DNA from: Cetorhinus maximus
Lineage: Eukaryota
NCBI RefSeq assembly: GCF_964194155.1
Contig: NC_135902.1
Coordinates: forward strand, 43,834,001-43,898,000
Reading direction: 5' to 3'
DNA: 64,000 bases
The first letter of the stretch is position 1. Each line of letters begins with the position of its first letter. Both the position numbers and the translations under genes were made by a program. Shown here piece after piece: positions 1 through 13,929 of this stretch. The notes beneath the pieces are model-generated. The model saw only the letters and a list, made by a program, of their open reading frames with translations. It was not told the DNA's origin and did no database searches.

Positions 1-827
1 GGAGGAAAGGATCAGACAGCTGTTGTAGTCAATAAGAGTTTGTGTACCACTGTCTCAATCACTTAATGATCTGAAAGAATAACAGCCCGAAAGCACTTGG
101 TTGGTCAACCATACTAAAAGAGCACAGTTATGGCACGGTAGAAGCTGCCAAGAGAAACAATTTGTAAGCATGCACAAACAGACTGGTAGAAGGCTGCATT
201 AATAACATGCATCTTGAGCCTGCCCAATGTGCATGAATACAGGACTCTAGATACAGTCTGAGATAGGCTAAGAGTTTCTGGTGCAACCAATCTCCCAGAG
301 ATAGCCTATCTCTGTCTGATACATCGCAGTAAATTGTAGTGATACAGCAAAAATAGTATACGGTTCCAAAAGAAAGCTGATCACTTGATCATCAGGTTGC
401 GAATACAGGTAAGGAGGAGCTGCATAAGTATAGGAGGGAGGAAGGAATAGAATGCTATGTTGATACAGTGAGATGGCAGGAGGTAGCTGGTGTGATGCAC
501 TCGCACTGGCAGAGACCTGTTTCTGTATGTAAATTTTAGAAATGCACTTTGTCTTTCTAGTACTGAGTTTCCTGGAAAGTGAGAAGGGAGAGATCCTAAG
601 CAGCTATTAAAACATATCACCTGGTGACTGATCTTATGAGGCACCTTGGGACATTTTACTATGTTAGTCACATTATATAAATTCAAATTGCTGTTGTTAA
701 TTCAAGGAATAGCACTGATGATTGCTATGGGCTGTTTTCCTCATGTGAGAGTGACAAAGATGTAGGAGATGTAGGAATTGAGTCGGAACAGTTCATTTTA
801 TGAAATGTGCAAATACGAAAGAAAATG

Positions 828-1185
828 CTATTCAATGTGAGAATGCACCAGGGTGCAAGTAACTGCCAAGCTTTTGTTTAAATTCAAATCAGGCAAGTCG
901 AATCTGATTGAGCAAGGCATTGCCATGGGGAATGATCCAGGGAATGGCTGACCCCCAAGCTTTTCTTTAGCTGAAAAAGGCACAATGCGTGGACACGTTC
1001 TTTCGGTCTGCAAAGGACATGACAACGCCCAAGGCAATGCCTCTACCAATCAGAGTCCATCTGCCAACCAATCAGCACCATCTTCTCATGTAGCATAAAT
1101 TGTTGTTCCCTTTGAGATTTGGCATTCTTCTGATTCTGTCCTGATGAAAAGCTTCAATAGCATGTCTCTTTTTTCAGCAATACTC
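828..1185. mobile_element. Remnant of a second Penelope-like family (pLTR pieces in inverted arrangement)
   Basis: 828-1020 is reverse-oriented and 1030-1185 forward-oriented relative to the homologous 45630-46030 copy. Confidence 0.65.
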
Positions 1186-2029
1186 ATAATTCTAGCGATG
1201 AGCACAGACCAGAGTGTCTGCGGTGTGCCATGCTCTTCTCACATGTTGTTTAAATGACACATGAAGCCATAATTGTAACAAGCAGAAAGTTATTCGTGTA
1301 ATATTGGGAGCACCGAGCGGTGTTACCAACTTTTCAGCTGCTGTTTTGACAAAACTACAACCCTCCCTCAAAACTGCACAGAAAAATTCAAAATGTTACT
1401 AGCTCAAAAAGGTTTGCTGTAAGGACAAATCTGGATTGAGTGATTCACCAAGTGCAAGAACAATTATGGCATGAGAGTCAGTTTATGATTTTCACCATTT
1501 AGAAAGGAAATTTATGGATTGGCAAGAGAAGCTTTTATGTTAACAGCTTGGAACAACCCATCCCCTCATTAGTATGGCTGAAAGTACTGTACTAAGTCAG
1601 CAGAGTCTTGGGTGGGTCGATACAAGTGACAAGAGCTGCCCATTAGTTCTCGGGTGGGTTGCAGAAATAGGGCACCAAATTTAAAGTGCGGGAAACGCAG
1701 CCCGCCATCGATGGGCTGAGTGCATGATCGCAAACTGGCTTCACAATTTCTGGCCTTCTCACCATATTGTCTGCTCACACCGCCAAAGACTGACACCAAC
1801 AAGCATGGAAAACTCGACCCCAAGACTGCCAACTTCCATCTCTGTATTATCCATTTCTATCCCTACCTTACCTCATGTGCAGCCAAAATCCACATCCATG
1901 CCTTTGTTACCTTTTGTGCAGTTTATGGGTGATTTGTTTAAGTGAGTGACCCTTTGCATTTTTTTTTTTGCATGCCACACATGCGAAATAATATAAAAAG
2001 CCCAACATGTACAGCTGTGCAGCTCAGAG

Positions 2030-2576
2030 GGAGCTTGGATTCGGTTATTTCAATGCTCTCTTGGACAGTCTCTCATCTTGTATTCTCTGTAAACTTGAGG
2101 CTATCAAAAACTCTGTTGACTGTATCCAAACTCACACCAAGTCCCGTTTACCCATCATCCTTGTGCTCGCTTCCATTGGCTCAAACTTCAACATCGTCAT
2201 GATTTTATAATTCTTATCTGTGTTTTTAAATCCTCCATGGGCTCACGCCTCCCTAATTCTGTAATCTCCTCCAGCCCTGCAAACCTCCAAGATCTCCGTG
2301 CTCCTTGAATTCCAGTTTCTTGTCCATCCTTGATTTTAATCCCTTCACCATTGGTGGCCAAGTCTTCAGCTGACTGCATCCCAAGCTCTGGAACTTCCTC
2401 CCTGCACCTCTTTTCATCTCTACCTCTCCCTCTTCCTCTAAGATATTCCTTAAGACCTAGCTCTTTAACCAAGCTGCCCTAATATCTCCTTATGTGCTTT
2501 GGTACCAAATGTCATTTGATGATGCTCTTGTTAAGCACCTCACATTGAAAAGACACAATATAAATGCAAGTTGTTC
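2030..2576 (+). mobile_element. L2 LINE / L2-tailed SINE 3' fragment
   Basis: YFNALL..L....KL..IKNS remnant of the L2 ORF2 end. Tail ATAAATGCAAGTTGTT. Confidence 0.7.
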
Positions 2577-4859
2577 TTATTGACCCGGAGGATAATCATG
2601 CGGGTACTTTTTCCTGTATACATTAAGATTTACTTTGAAATCTATAGCAAAATGTTAGTTTTGTGTTTATTGTCATATTATGTTTGATATTAATTTGTTA
2701 ATGCAAGTGTTGTCCGGTGCATTAGTCATTAGCTAGATATGGCTTATTGCATTTCTGTTTACCTGTAGTAACTAAAAAATGAGTAATTGACACTGTCGTT
2801 GGGCAGGTGATCTAAATACTATTATTCACACGGTATATGCACGTGGGGTTTGATATCTTCGTTCATTTGCTGGTGAAATGGTAAGATGACAACAGAGTAT
2901 CAGAGTATGTGGGTGTTTTGATCATTGTGAGTACTTTCTTTATTTGGCTACTGGGTGGTGTAAGATGTACACACGTGGGAGTACATTTATCTGTAGTATA
3001 TGTAAGGCGTTTTCCATTAAAATTTAGTGCCTGTGGCTAAAGCAATGTCACTGTAGCTTTACAGGAGCTAGTCAGTGACTTCTATTCAACACCGCTACGT
3101 CAACAGCTAAGATTTTCAAATTAGCTGAAGCACAAAAAACAGTCACCTGTGAGTTTATACAGATACTTGTGGTGGACCTATTTTAAGGATGCATCTTTTC
3201 ATCCATCCAAAGCCGAATTGTATATTAAATTCAATTGCGCTGATCACAAGCAGCATATCACGACTTGAGGGCCCAAGACTGGTCAAGGGCCGGAGCCCCA
3301 GATGTAGCAGTGGTTCGGAATCACTTTCCTTTTGATGAGTTACAGCAGGCTGTGTGATGGATCAAAGTATTGCACCTTAGGGGAAAGGAAAATAGAGCAT
3401 GGTTCACCTCTAGTTGGCCAATGGAAGTGTTTTCCAGGCAGTGGGCATTGAACTTTTGGAGGCTTCTTTCTAGCACAGCCTGCAGAGGAGAAGGTTGTTA
3501 CATGGAACAGCATGCAATAATGAGCAGGATAATAATCCTTTAGAAAAACAAAAATTAAACTAAATCCACAGCATGAGAAGAGCTAAAACCAGTCACAATC
3601 TAAAATCCTCGGCATTTGGAAATAGCCGTCAGGTTCATTTTGTTTCAATGCTTCACAAATCCTGGGAAAGTCATAACTCTGGGCACAAAATGTCACAAAT
3701 AAATGCGAACGTTTATGCTGAACTGAACTGTTCATCAACCTTAGAAAGGATGGAGGGTCCTGGTATTTGCCTGGCCTGATGTTGCACACAGATCAGAAAA
3801 ATACATTTCATGTACATTCCAGAGCTGTATTCTTGATTAACAATTTGCACTCAAAAGTAGGAGTGGCCTTAAAAAAAAAAATCAATCTCTTCAGTGTGGG
3901 CAAAGGACCAAGAGAGAAAATGACTGGGACAGCAAATAACTTGTTATGTACAGAAAATATCAAATTAGCAATTGCAAAGAATCAAATGTAAAGCATTATT
4001 GAAATTGCGCTACTACCATTCCTCGTTTAAAACCAGTAGAAATGCTCTGACTTCTTCCCGTTATCACCAACAATATTACTTAGGAAAAAGTACCAACTAG
4101 TATTATGACACAGCCGATGGTAAAGGCTGAGTTGTTGAAATCCCAGAGGGAAACTTGAAACAACTGTCATAACCCATTTTTGCAATTTGTACATTTCGAG
4201 ATGCAGGCTTTGAATTCAGTAGTAATAAGACCACCATAAAACTAAATTAAACATTAATACAAGAAAGATTGTAAACACATACACACGTCTACAAAATTAC
4301 TACTATAGTAACTACAAAAATCCCCTAATTAATCTCTCAGTTACACCACCATTAAGGCAACAGCAAATCTCATAGATCTAAAGAGACACCTGGCAAAGCA
4401 CAACCTGGACAGTCGCATTAAAAATGAGTTTCTTTCAGCTCTGGGTCCTTGCAGAAAGCAGCTTGAAGCTTCTCACATTTGTTGGATCTTAAAATGCCTC
4501 TACCTTACACTTCTCCTTTATACATATCTTTTTCTTTGCATGTAAGTTTTCCATTGTATCACTAGGCTTTTAATTTTACCTCTTCTAACAATAACATCTT
4601 TTGATTCCACCAATTTTATGAGTTGGCTGATGAAAAAATAAACACATTGCTTGGCGTCTTCTAGCTAGGTGCAAGATTTCACCCATTCTTTTGAACGGTT
4701 TATTTAAAAATGCAAATTGCACCCTTGACACCCATGTTTCTTTACCTCACCGTGTTTATCTTATTATCATTTCAAACCTACTTCTTTCTATATATCAAAG
4801 CCTCTGGACCAGCTGGCATTAATGCAATTAAGACACACACACACACATACACACACGTA

Positions 4860-5502
4860 GGGTAAAATTTTTAGCTCGGCGGGCACGTGCCCAACCCACT
4901 CAAGCTTAAAATGATGCGTGTTGACATCATGCGAGCGTCCCGACATCAGCGCGCAGTTGCGCAATATTTCATTCGGCGGGCACGCACCAGAGTCGGCAGG
5001 GCGCCCACCAGCAATTAAAAGGCCTGTTAAGACCATTAAGTTATCAATTAAATAGAATTTTTCGCTGCCTGTCCAACCTTATGGTTGGCGGGCAGGCGAA
5101 AAGGCCAAGCGGCCTTTGCACTTTTTAGGAAGCCTCATCCACGGGCGGGTTGAGGTTTCCTAAAGCAAATAAAAATTGAATTTAAAACTTAATTAATAAC
5201 ATGTCCCTGCTCATGTGGCAGAGTGACATGAGGGGACATGTTTCATTACATTTTTATTTTCTTTATTTTTTTTATATCTCCATCTCACCTGAGGCATAGA
5301 GCTGCTTCAGGGAGGTTATGGAACGTGCACTCGGGTGCATCCGTGAAGTTCACGCTCGCCCTGCTCGCACTCCACCCCACCCCCCCACCTGCACAGGCCG
5401 CCACTTGCACTTCACGCTGGTCGGGCCTTAATTGGCCCGCCGGTGTGAAATCGCAGTCCGGCTTCCCGACTGCCCCCGCCCAATATGGGTGAAATTCTGC
5501 CC
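4860..5502 (+). mobile_element. MITE / non-autonomous DNA transposon, copy 1
   Basis: Termini GGGTAAAATT...AAATTCTGCCC, flanks GTA/ATA. Homologous to copies 2-4. Confidence 0.8.
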
Positions 5503-7299
5503 ATAGACACAGACACCACTAAACTCTATTTTAAAAAATAATTGCCAATAACGTTACACATTCTCTTCATGACGTTAGTTATTTTGCCTCCCAAAGAACA
5601 AAATGAAATTCATTGTACAGTATTCAAAATATGAAACATAATTCATATTCTCAACATTAATATCCCTAAAACGACTCGCACTACAACCTGTCATGTTAAC
5701 ATGCCAGTTTAAAATTAGACCCAGACCCTACTTAGCAAAACAAATCGCAAGAAGCCATATATTAAAAAAAGGGATTAACAAACTTGATGAACCTTAAAGT
5801 GAGTCACAACCATTGCTCTGCTAACCATAGTTGCTGTTTATTTAGTAAAGGGTAAAGGTTAATACCCATTAAAGAAACATTAAGAAACAGCTTTAACGCA
5901 TTTAAGTGTGCAAACATGCCACAATTTAAAGAAGTTTTATAAAATGAGTTGAACTATATAATTCTTATTTATCGAGTTTGCTCCATCCCAACCTTCAATT
6001 TTGTAAAAAAATTTGCATCCGATTTGAAATGAAATATGAAAAATAGTGGGCTCAGCGTCTTAATTTCAGCTACATATATATGCTAATAAATTTGAAAACT
6101 ACCTTTTCCTCCAAAACGGAATCCAGCAGGAAATCATAGGGCTGGTCACACAAAAAGAATTACAATCCTGGTGTCACTTTATTTCACATATTTTTGGAAA
6201 CAAAATTATAGAACTGAACAAAACAACACAGGACGGACCGTATTTTTGATATCTGACAATATCAAAGTAAAGCCACATACTCATTTACAGCTATCCTCGC
6301 TTGACTAGTTATTTCTCTTCCTTCTGTCCCGGACAAAAATTCATTCTGAAATCTTAGATTTCAATTTATCTCCACCCGGTCTCTCTACACCATTCCTGGC
6401 TGAGGATAGATTCACGACTGTATTGAGCAGGTGCCTGCAAGAAATGTAGTTGGCAGATCAACAGGAACCTCACAGTGGTCAGGATATTTAAGGTCAAGAG
6501 AAAAAAAACCTTAGATCTTAGCTATAAGTACATGTAACTTTGTTATCATTTGATAGAAGGAGGTGTGAATCACTAGCAGACACCACACGTTGTTGTTCTC
6601 ATGACAGCCTGTTCACCTTCTGATTAAGAGCCAGTGAACAATTCATTCAGCAGGATGTTTGGATTTTATAACAGGAGCAAGTTGAAAACACAGCATTGAA
6701 AGGTCGATTGCTGTCTCAAAAACACTTCCCAGATATTGTTTCTTCCTTCCAAATTATGAAGAAAATCAAAGCAGAAATCAAAACAGATGCTCAGCAGAGA
6801 AAGAAATTGGAAACATGGGAAAACAGAAAGGAAGCAAGATCATGAATATGTCATCAGACTCAAATCCAAGTAATTTGAACTTGTGCTTGACGACTGATGA
6901 TAGGAGACATCGTGCCTTGTGTGCACTTAACCGCAATGAGTTCCATGCAGGTATCAGAGAGGGGCAAATGAAAAAGATTGTGCAAAAAAACAACTTGGAT
7001 GTGCAGGCAGGAAAAGAAAACAGAGGAGATGTGCGGGTCAGGCATTCTGCAGTCATGTAAGTATTGTAGAAATAAGTTTAAAATCTGAAGCCTTTCCAAT
7101 GACGGAAAACACTGAGCAGTCATAAAAATATCACCAGCTTTATTGTGAAGCTACCCTCATTTCAAAAACATTCAGCAGGAGACCACAATTGTGGCCTATG
7201 TTAAAGATAAAGACTTCATGCCTGCATATTAAATGAACACAGTAAGCAAAGTGGCAGTTGGTCTCCCAATGCACAGGCGTACAGGAGGTCTGGAGAAAA

Positions 7300-8610
7300 A
7301 TCAACAACAGCCTGCATTTATACAGCGCCTGTAGCATAATATATTGTCCCAAGGAATGTCAAACGTAATGACGCAAAGCCACATAAGGAGATATTAGGAA
7401 AAATGGCCAAAAGCTTGATCAAAGGGATAGGTTTTACAGAGTATCTAAAGGAGGAAAGAGGGGTAGAGGGTCAGAGTGCTTTAGGGAGAGAATTTCAGAG
7501 CTTAGGGCATAGAGAACTGAAGACACAGCCGCCAATTAAAATCAAAGGATGCTCAAGAGGCCAGAATTAGGTGAGTCCAGGTAGCCCAGAGGGTTGGGGG
7601 CTGGAAGTGATTGCAAAGAGAGGGAGGAATGAGGTCACGGAGGGATTTGAAAACATGGACACCAGAGGTAACAGTGCAGGAGAGGGAGGAGAAGCCATTG
7701 CAAGTGATACTGCGGCTGTGATTAGATAGTTAAGAATGGAACCAGGTGAGAGCAGTCCCAGCCAACTGGATGACAGTGAAAAGGCATCGGAGGAGAATGG
7801 TGTGGTCAACCATGTCATAGGCTGCAGACAGGTCGAGAAGGATGAGGTGGGATGGTTTACCTTTGTCACAGTCACATAGGATATCATTTGTGACTTTGAT
7901 AAGAGCTGTTTTGTGGCAGGGGCAGAAACTTGATTGGAGGGCTTCAAACATGAAGTTCGGGGAAAAGATAGGCATAATTTGGGAGGTGACAACATATTCA
8001 AGGACTTAAGAGAAAAGAGAGGTTGCAGCTGAAGCGATAGATTGCAAGGCTAAAGAAGTCAAGGTTTGGTTTATTGAGGAATGGGGTGATAATGTAGATT
8101 TGAAGGATAGGGGACAGTACCCAAAGAGAGAGAGAACCATTAACAATATCGGCTAACATGGGGACCAAGGAGGAAATGCAAAAGCAAAATACTGTGGATG
8201 TTGGAAATCTGAAGTGAACACAGAAAATACTGGAAATACTCAACAGGTTAGGCAGCATCGATGGAGAGAGAAATTAATGTTTCAATTCTGTGACCTTTGA
8301 GCAGGAGGGGGCTCTCTGACAAGATTAGCTGGAGGGGACATGAGGGGAGATAGGATAGAAACTACAGAAAGAGTTCAGGTCTGGGTCGGTGGGGGGGAAA
8401 CCTTGCAGGAAGTTTGATCTGGTGAGCTAGGGGAGGGGAGTGAATTGGCAATGAACAGATAGTCTCAATCTTAGGGACAAAGAAGTCCATGAGCTCCTTG
8501 CATCTTCCGTTGGAGTTGGGGGTGGACAAGGAGAAGGGTTTAAGAAGTTTTGTAGTAGAGAAAAGAAGCCAGGGGCTATCTTTGCAATCCAGGGTGATCA
8601 TGGAATTGTT
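7300..8610 (-). mobile_element. L2-clade LINE remnant (rearranged)
   Basis: ORF 7730-7975 encodes TALIKVTNDIL...LILLDLSAAYDMVDHTILL, an L2 RT signature. L2-type 3' tail near 7300-7360. Confidence 0.85.
8183..8300 (-). mobile_element. Short PLE pLTR-derived fragment nested in an L2 remnant
   Basis: Reverse complement resembles 50922-51050 (GATGCTGCC..ACCTG.TGAGT..TTCCAG...GATTTCCA.CATCC.CAGTA). Confidence 0.7.
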
Positions 8611-8950
8611 TGTGAAAGAGTGGTGGAAGTAGACGCAAAAATACCTTTCAAAAGAGATTGGGATTTAAATTTGAAAAGGAAAAATGTACAAAGAAAGAGC
8701 AAGGAGTGGGACTAATTAAACAGCTCTTTCCAAAAGCCAGCACAGCATGATGGACCCAGTGGCCTCAGTTGAACATATAAATTCGGAGCAGGCGTAGGCC
8801 ATTTGGCCCTTCAACCTGTTCCGCCATTTGATAAGGTCATGGCTGATGACTAATGACTAATATGATCTTACTATATTTTAGTGCTGACCAATTATACTCA
8901 ATCAGAATTTTTCAGCTGAGTGAATTCTTCTGTGTTATGGAGTCACAGGC

Positions 8951-8975
8951 CACACACACACACACACACACACAC
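8951..8975. repeat. (CA)n microsatellite
   Basis: About 12 CA units. Another imperfect (CA)n lies at 4833-4856. Confidence 0.95.
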
Positions 8976-10284
8976 CCCTAGGACAACAGTAGCTTGTCAC
9001 AATGAAGTCCAAGTACTTTCACTTATTACTTGAACTATTATTAAACCAGTAATGTTTTTGGTCAAATCATCATCTGGCTTAATAAATTAAAACTCAAAAT
9101 CAGACTGACAACAAGCAAAATCATTGCTCATTTCTTTTAATAAAATGCACAATGTACAGTTAATAAACGGCAGCCCACTTTTAGGTGGATGTGAGGTATT
9201 GACAGAATGCAAGTCAAGCACAATCTTTGAAAAAAAATCAATGCCTTTTAAGCAGAATTAAAATGTGCAACATATACAGTTCTTCAAAACAAACAACTTG
9301 CTGACACACACTTCTTGGGCTAATATAAGGATGGCACTAAGATGCTGTACAATAGAAATCACTGAACTATATTCCAACATGAACAACCATCTTTTGAAGA
9401 CAAGGAGAGAAAAGAGAAGAAAATCTGGTTTGGGATAGCGGCGGGGGGGGCATTTGTGGGGTAAATATTGGGCAACTGCAATCGATTTGCACATGCCAAC
9501 CCTGAAATTCGTATAGGAGGCCTTCTGGTGGCACTGTACCCTTAAAAAGTGAAATTGTGAACAAGAGCACAATCTGAAATATTCTGAGTTCAGTAATTGC
9601 TAGGTAATCTGAATAAAAGCTTCGCCAAAATTGGCTAGCCTGCAGTAAATCAGCACTAACCATGTGGTCTAGACAACTGGAGACACAGCAGAATGGAAAT
9701 GAATATCACTGTAATTTGACAAAATAAGCCATAGCTCCATCTGCCTATTTCTGTCTTAGTAAGTTTATGATTTATTTATTCTCTTTCCCACTTGCTCAAG
9801 ACATTCTTGACTTTAATATCTTGTAACAATTGCTGCCTCTAAAGTTTTTCAGTGAAATATTTAAAAACAAAGAAAGTGCATTCTGCTAGATACAGCTCTG
9901 TTTTGGAATCCATCTTAATTAGATATTTTCACACAATACTTCCCCCCCCAAGACAACTAACTTCCCAGCTCTTGGCTGAGATACCATGGGGAAAGCCAAA
10001 AACTGGCTCAGGAGGTTCTCTGCTCATATCGTCCAAGAAAGTTTCCATGGACCAACAACAGACATGATCAAGATACGCACAGGCTGAACCATCCCATCCT
10101 GCCAAACAGGGAGCGGACAAGCATGAGTGGCAAACATGATGGGAACACAGCGCAACAGAAATCAAAAAACAAACTGCACATTCCAGATCAAATGAGGATT
10201 TCTCTAAGGCACCCCAATTTCCTTACAGTTGGTGGAGACTATAGGATTAGGTGAACAGGTAAACCAATAATGAATTGCAACTAA

Positions 10285-10588
10285 GGGCAGAATATTAAGC
10301 TCAGCGGGCGGGCGCGCGCGCACCCAACCCGGCCGAGCTTAAAATGACACGCGATGACGTCAGGCGAGCGTCCCGATGTCATCGCGCAGTCCCACGATAT
10401 TTCATTTAGCAGGCAGCGCGCCCACCGACAATTAATAGGCTGTTAAGGCCATTACAAAGGTAATTAAATTCAAATTTACGCAGCCGCTCGCATTCCACAC
10501 CGGGCAGGCCTCAATTTCGGATCACGGGCGGCAGTCGGCTTCCCGACCACCCCCGCCGAGCCCGCACGCCAAGGGCAAAATTCTGCCC
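10285..10588 (+). mobile_element. MITE copy 2 (internally deleted), PIF/Harbinger-like
   Basis: TIRs GGGCAGAAT...ATTCTGCCC with a perfect TAA target-site duplication (10282-10284, 10589-10591). Confidence 0.85.
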
Positions 10589-13079
10589 TAAGATCCAACA
10601 GGAATTCCTGCTTTCAGAGTCGTTGAGGTAAGAAATAAAATGAAGCATAGTTTTATACAAACAGGGAAGTATAATGGCAGTCACATGACTACAAACCCTT
10701 CACCTTATAGTCTCAGTTTAAATCGGGATCTTCAAATTTTTGTTTTTTTTAAACCACCTTGAGCATGTCATATCTGGAAATGGTTGCAACACTGCAAAAA
10801 TTTTAATAATATTACTGCAATCTCTACTTAAAATACAACCAACTAATGCATTTTGTTTGCTAATAATAGATTTGGTAAACATGAAGATCAAGAAATTAAT
10901 CAAATTAAACGAATGCAATTAATCCATCACTTTAATGGGTTTTAGTGGTCTATGTGCTGTTTTGCTCAATTCTACAATGTACCTCAAGCTCAGTCTTCTA
11001 AATCTCTTCAATTGAAAACATTACCAGAAAATGTAGAGTTCATTGTAACTCATCCTCTGAAAAGCTCAGATTTTCTTCTCAATATTTAAATTCTGGCACA
11101 CATCAACATCTGTATTAAAAGAATTTCAACAGGAAAAACGAATTTACTGAGAAATTTTGATTGAACTAAGGTGACAGGGATGTGGCGCAGCTCGTGTAAC
11201 ATGAAATTTATTGGAAATATTTCCGATTTTTCGGGGTTCCAAAAATGTAGATTCATGTATTTTTTTAAAATCAAGTGCAGCAGTTATTGTTCCAAATTAA
11301 GGGAAGGTGAAGAAAATGATAAAGTCAGGCAAAATTTTTCTAGAACAAGGATGATAAACATACCGAATGTGTGAACCATGGAGGCAGGATGAGTAAGAAA
11401 CCATGACAGGAATCAAAAAGGAACTACACAAATTTCTGTCAGCAAATACAACTCAGGATGTCTAGGTTTCGTAGGAAGCTAAATGAATAGGCTAGATGGA
11501 CCAATGGTATATCTTTGCCTGAGATTGCTAATTTGATCGTCAAAAAATGTTAGCATGGAACAAACCGGTGTCCACTTTTAAAATGTTACCATAATTGTGG
11601 ATTCTAATCACCATTAGCTTTCTGATATTATGGGTATAAAATTGCCTATCATATTGATTTAATTTCCACTTCTGTGGGAAAACATAAGGAAAACATTAGT
11701 TAATTTGTGATTATCTTATTTTACACCAAGCCCATGCTTTTACTTGGTTTGCAATTGGATCTGGAGTGGTCAGTTGAAAGGTTTCTTCATGTTGCTTTAT
11801 AGTTCGATTTAATTTTTAAAAAGGAATAAGGCACAGACTTCCTACTCGAAAATACAATTAGACAGTACTAAGTGGAACTTATAAAACAAAAAAATAGCAC
11901 AATCACAACTAATCGCTGCAAGATATTAGGTCACTGGGGAGAGAAGCATTGTGGTGGGCCAGAGTGCTTGGAAAACTTTCATTATATACAGTCTTAGCAT
12001 TCAATTCAAATTCTAAATGTTCCATTTGACCACTTTCTCTTATGTATATTGAAGTAATCTGCATTTAATTCATATACAATGCCACTGTTATATTGTTATA
12101 TTATTTGTAAAGGGCTAGGAACGAATTGTTATGAGAACGTACATCGAGGGTGCCACATTCACTATGACACTGCAGTCAGGTGCCAAGCAACGTGAAAAAC
12201 AGCAAGAAACACACTCGATGGAGCTCCAGTATTTTGAGTCTAAAAGTATGATTATTTCAAACTTATGAGAATCAGAAGACATAGCAGCCACTAAATGGTA
12301 TTTTTACATATATAATCCAAGAAACACAATGTCTAAAGGCAAAAATGAGCATCTCAGCTTAGCCTCATGTCAAAACGCCTACATATTCTTGGTCATTCTT
12401 TACTGAATATTTGAAACTGAAATGTAAATGAGGCACTGAAATATAGGGGCATTTTCAACATCAATTTTAGTTTTCAATTGTCCCAATTACATAAATGAGT
12501 TTGTTTTACAAAGCAAAGCAGGCATGGACAACTACATTTTGAACAAGCTGTTAGTAACAGTTAGAAACATTTCTAATAGTTCAAAGCTAATCAATCTCAG
12601 AACTTTCCAATGACTTCATTATCACAGCCAAGTAAACAGACATAATATTTATACTTGACTAGTTCCTTACGGGAATAACTTGGGCTTTTTAAAAAATGTT
12701 AAGATCTTCAAGTGTAAAGCCAGTGTGTAAGTTAGTGTAGTGAAGGGAGCATTACCGCCTGAAGGGACCTACAACAGCGGAACATTAGCTCCTACAACAA
12801 TCATTGTCTGCATCATAAAGTTATATTTTCCCTAATTGATGCAAATGCCACAGTTCTTTATCAACCACTCACTTCAACAGGACTTTTCCCTGACAGATTT
12901 TAGTACTCAATTTCGCATTTATACAAATAAGATCCAATTCATGAAATTTTGCAAGGTTTGGATAATTGCACAAGGCACAGTTTATAAATTATGTAACAAA
13001 GCATTTTATTGGAAGAATATTCCTTCAAGAAAATTTACAGTACTATATGGGGCAGAAGACAGCCTACAATCTAAAAATA

Positions 13080-13613
13080 CATAGAACCATAGAAAAGTTA
13101 CGGCACAGAAAGAGGCCATCTGGCCCATCATGTCTGCACCAGCTGAAATAAAAAACAAAAAGCTAGCTGACCATTCTAATCCCACCTTCCAGCACCTGGT
13201 CCATAGCCTTGCAGGTTACAGCACTTTAGGTACAGATCTAGGTACCATTTAAATGGAGTTGAGGGTTTCTGCCTCCAACACCAAACCAGGCAACAAATTC
13301 CAAACAGCACCACCCTCTGGATGCAGAAGTTTTTCCTCATGCACCCTCTAATCCTTCTGCCAACCACCTTAAATCTGTGCCCCCTGGTAATTGACCTCTC
13401 TGCTTGGGGAAACAGGGCATCCCTGTCTACTCTCTCTAGGCCCCTCATAATCTTGTACACCTCAATCAGGTCACCCCTCAGCCTCCTCAGTTCCAAGGAA
13501 AACAACCCCAGCCTATCCAATCTTTCCTCATAGCTGCAATTTTCAAGCCCTGGCAACATTCACGTAAATCTCTTCTGTACTCTCCCCAGAGCAATTATGT
13601 CCTTCCTGTAATG
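13080..13613 (-). mobile_element. CR1/HER1-like LINE 3' fragment
   Basis: ORF 13176-13559 encodes [29 protein letters not shown]...TRGH (CR1 ORF2 C-terminus). TTCTATGG-type tail. Confidence 0.92.
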
Positions 13614-13929
13614 AAGGATATATTTCAGTTTTGATGTATGAAGCCACTCACTTTGGTGTAAAAATTGCCTGTCATCCAGCAAAGGAAATTTTAAAAATCA
13701 AATAATTGTTGGGAGCTGCAGGAGACTCATCATTACAACTCCTTCAAAAATAGCATGGCAAAATTATAATTAAAATAAGCAGTTTGCAATTATTTTATAT
13801 TAAGCACCAAGTACAAATGCCTTCCTCGGGGGTTTTAATGGTTCTGAGAAAGCTAAATTAGTGGCAATTATCACTACTATTAACCAAAGATGTTTTAATA
13901 CAGCATTGAATTTCTTAAAACTGCATTTG

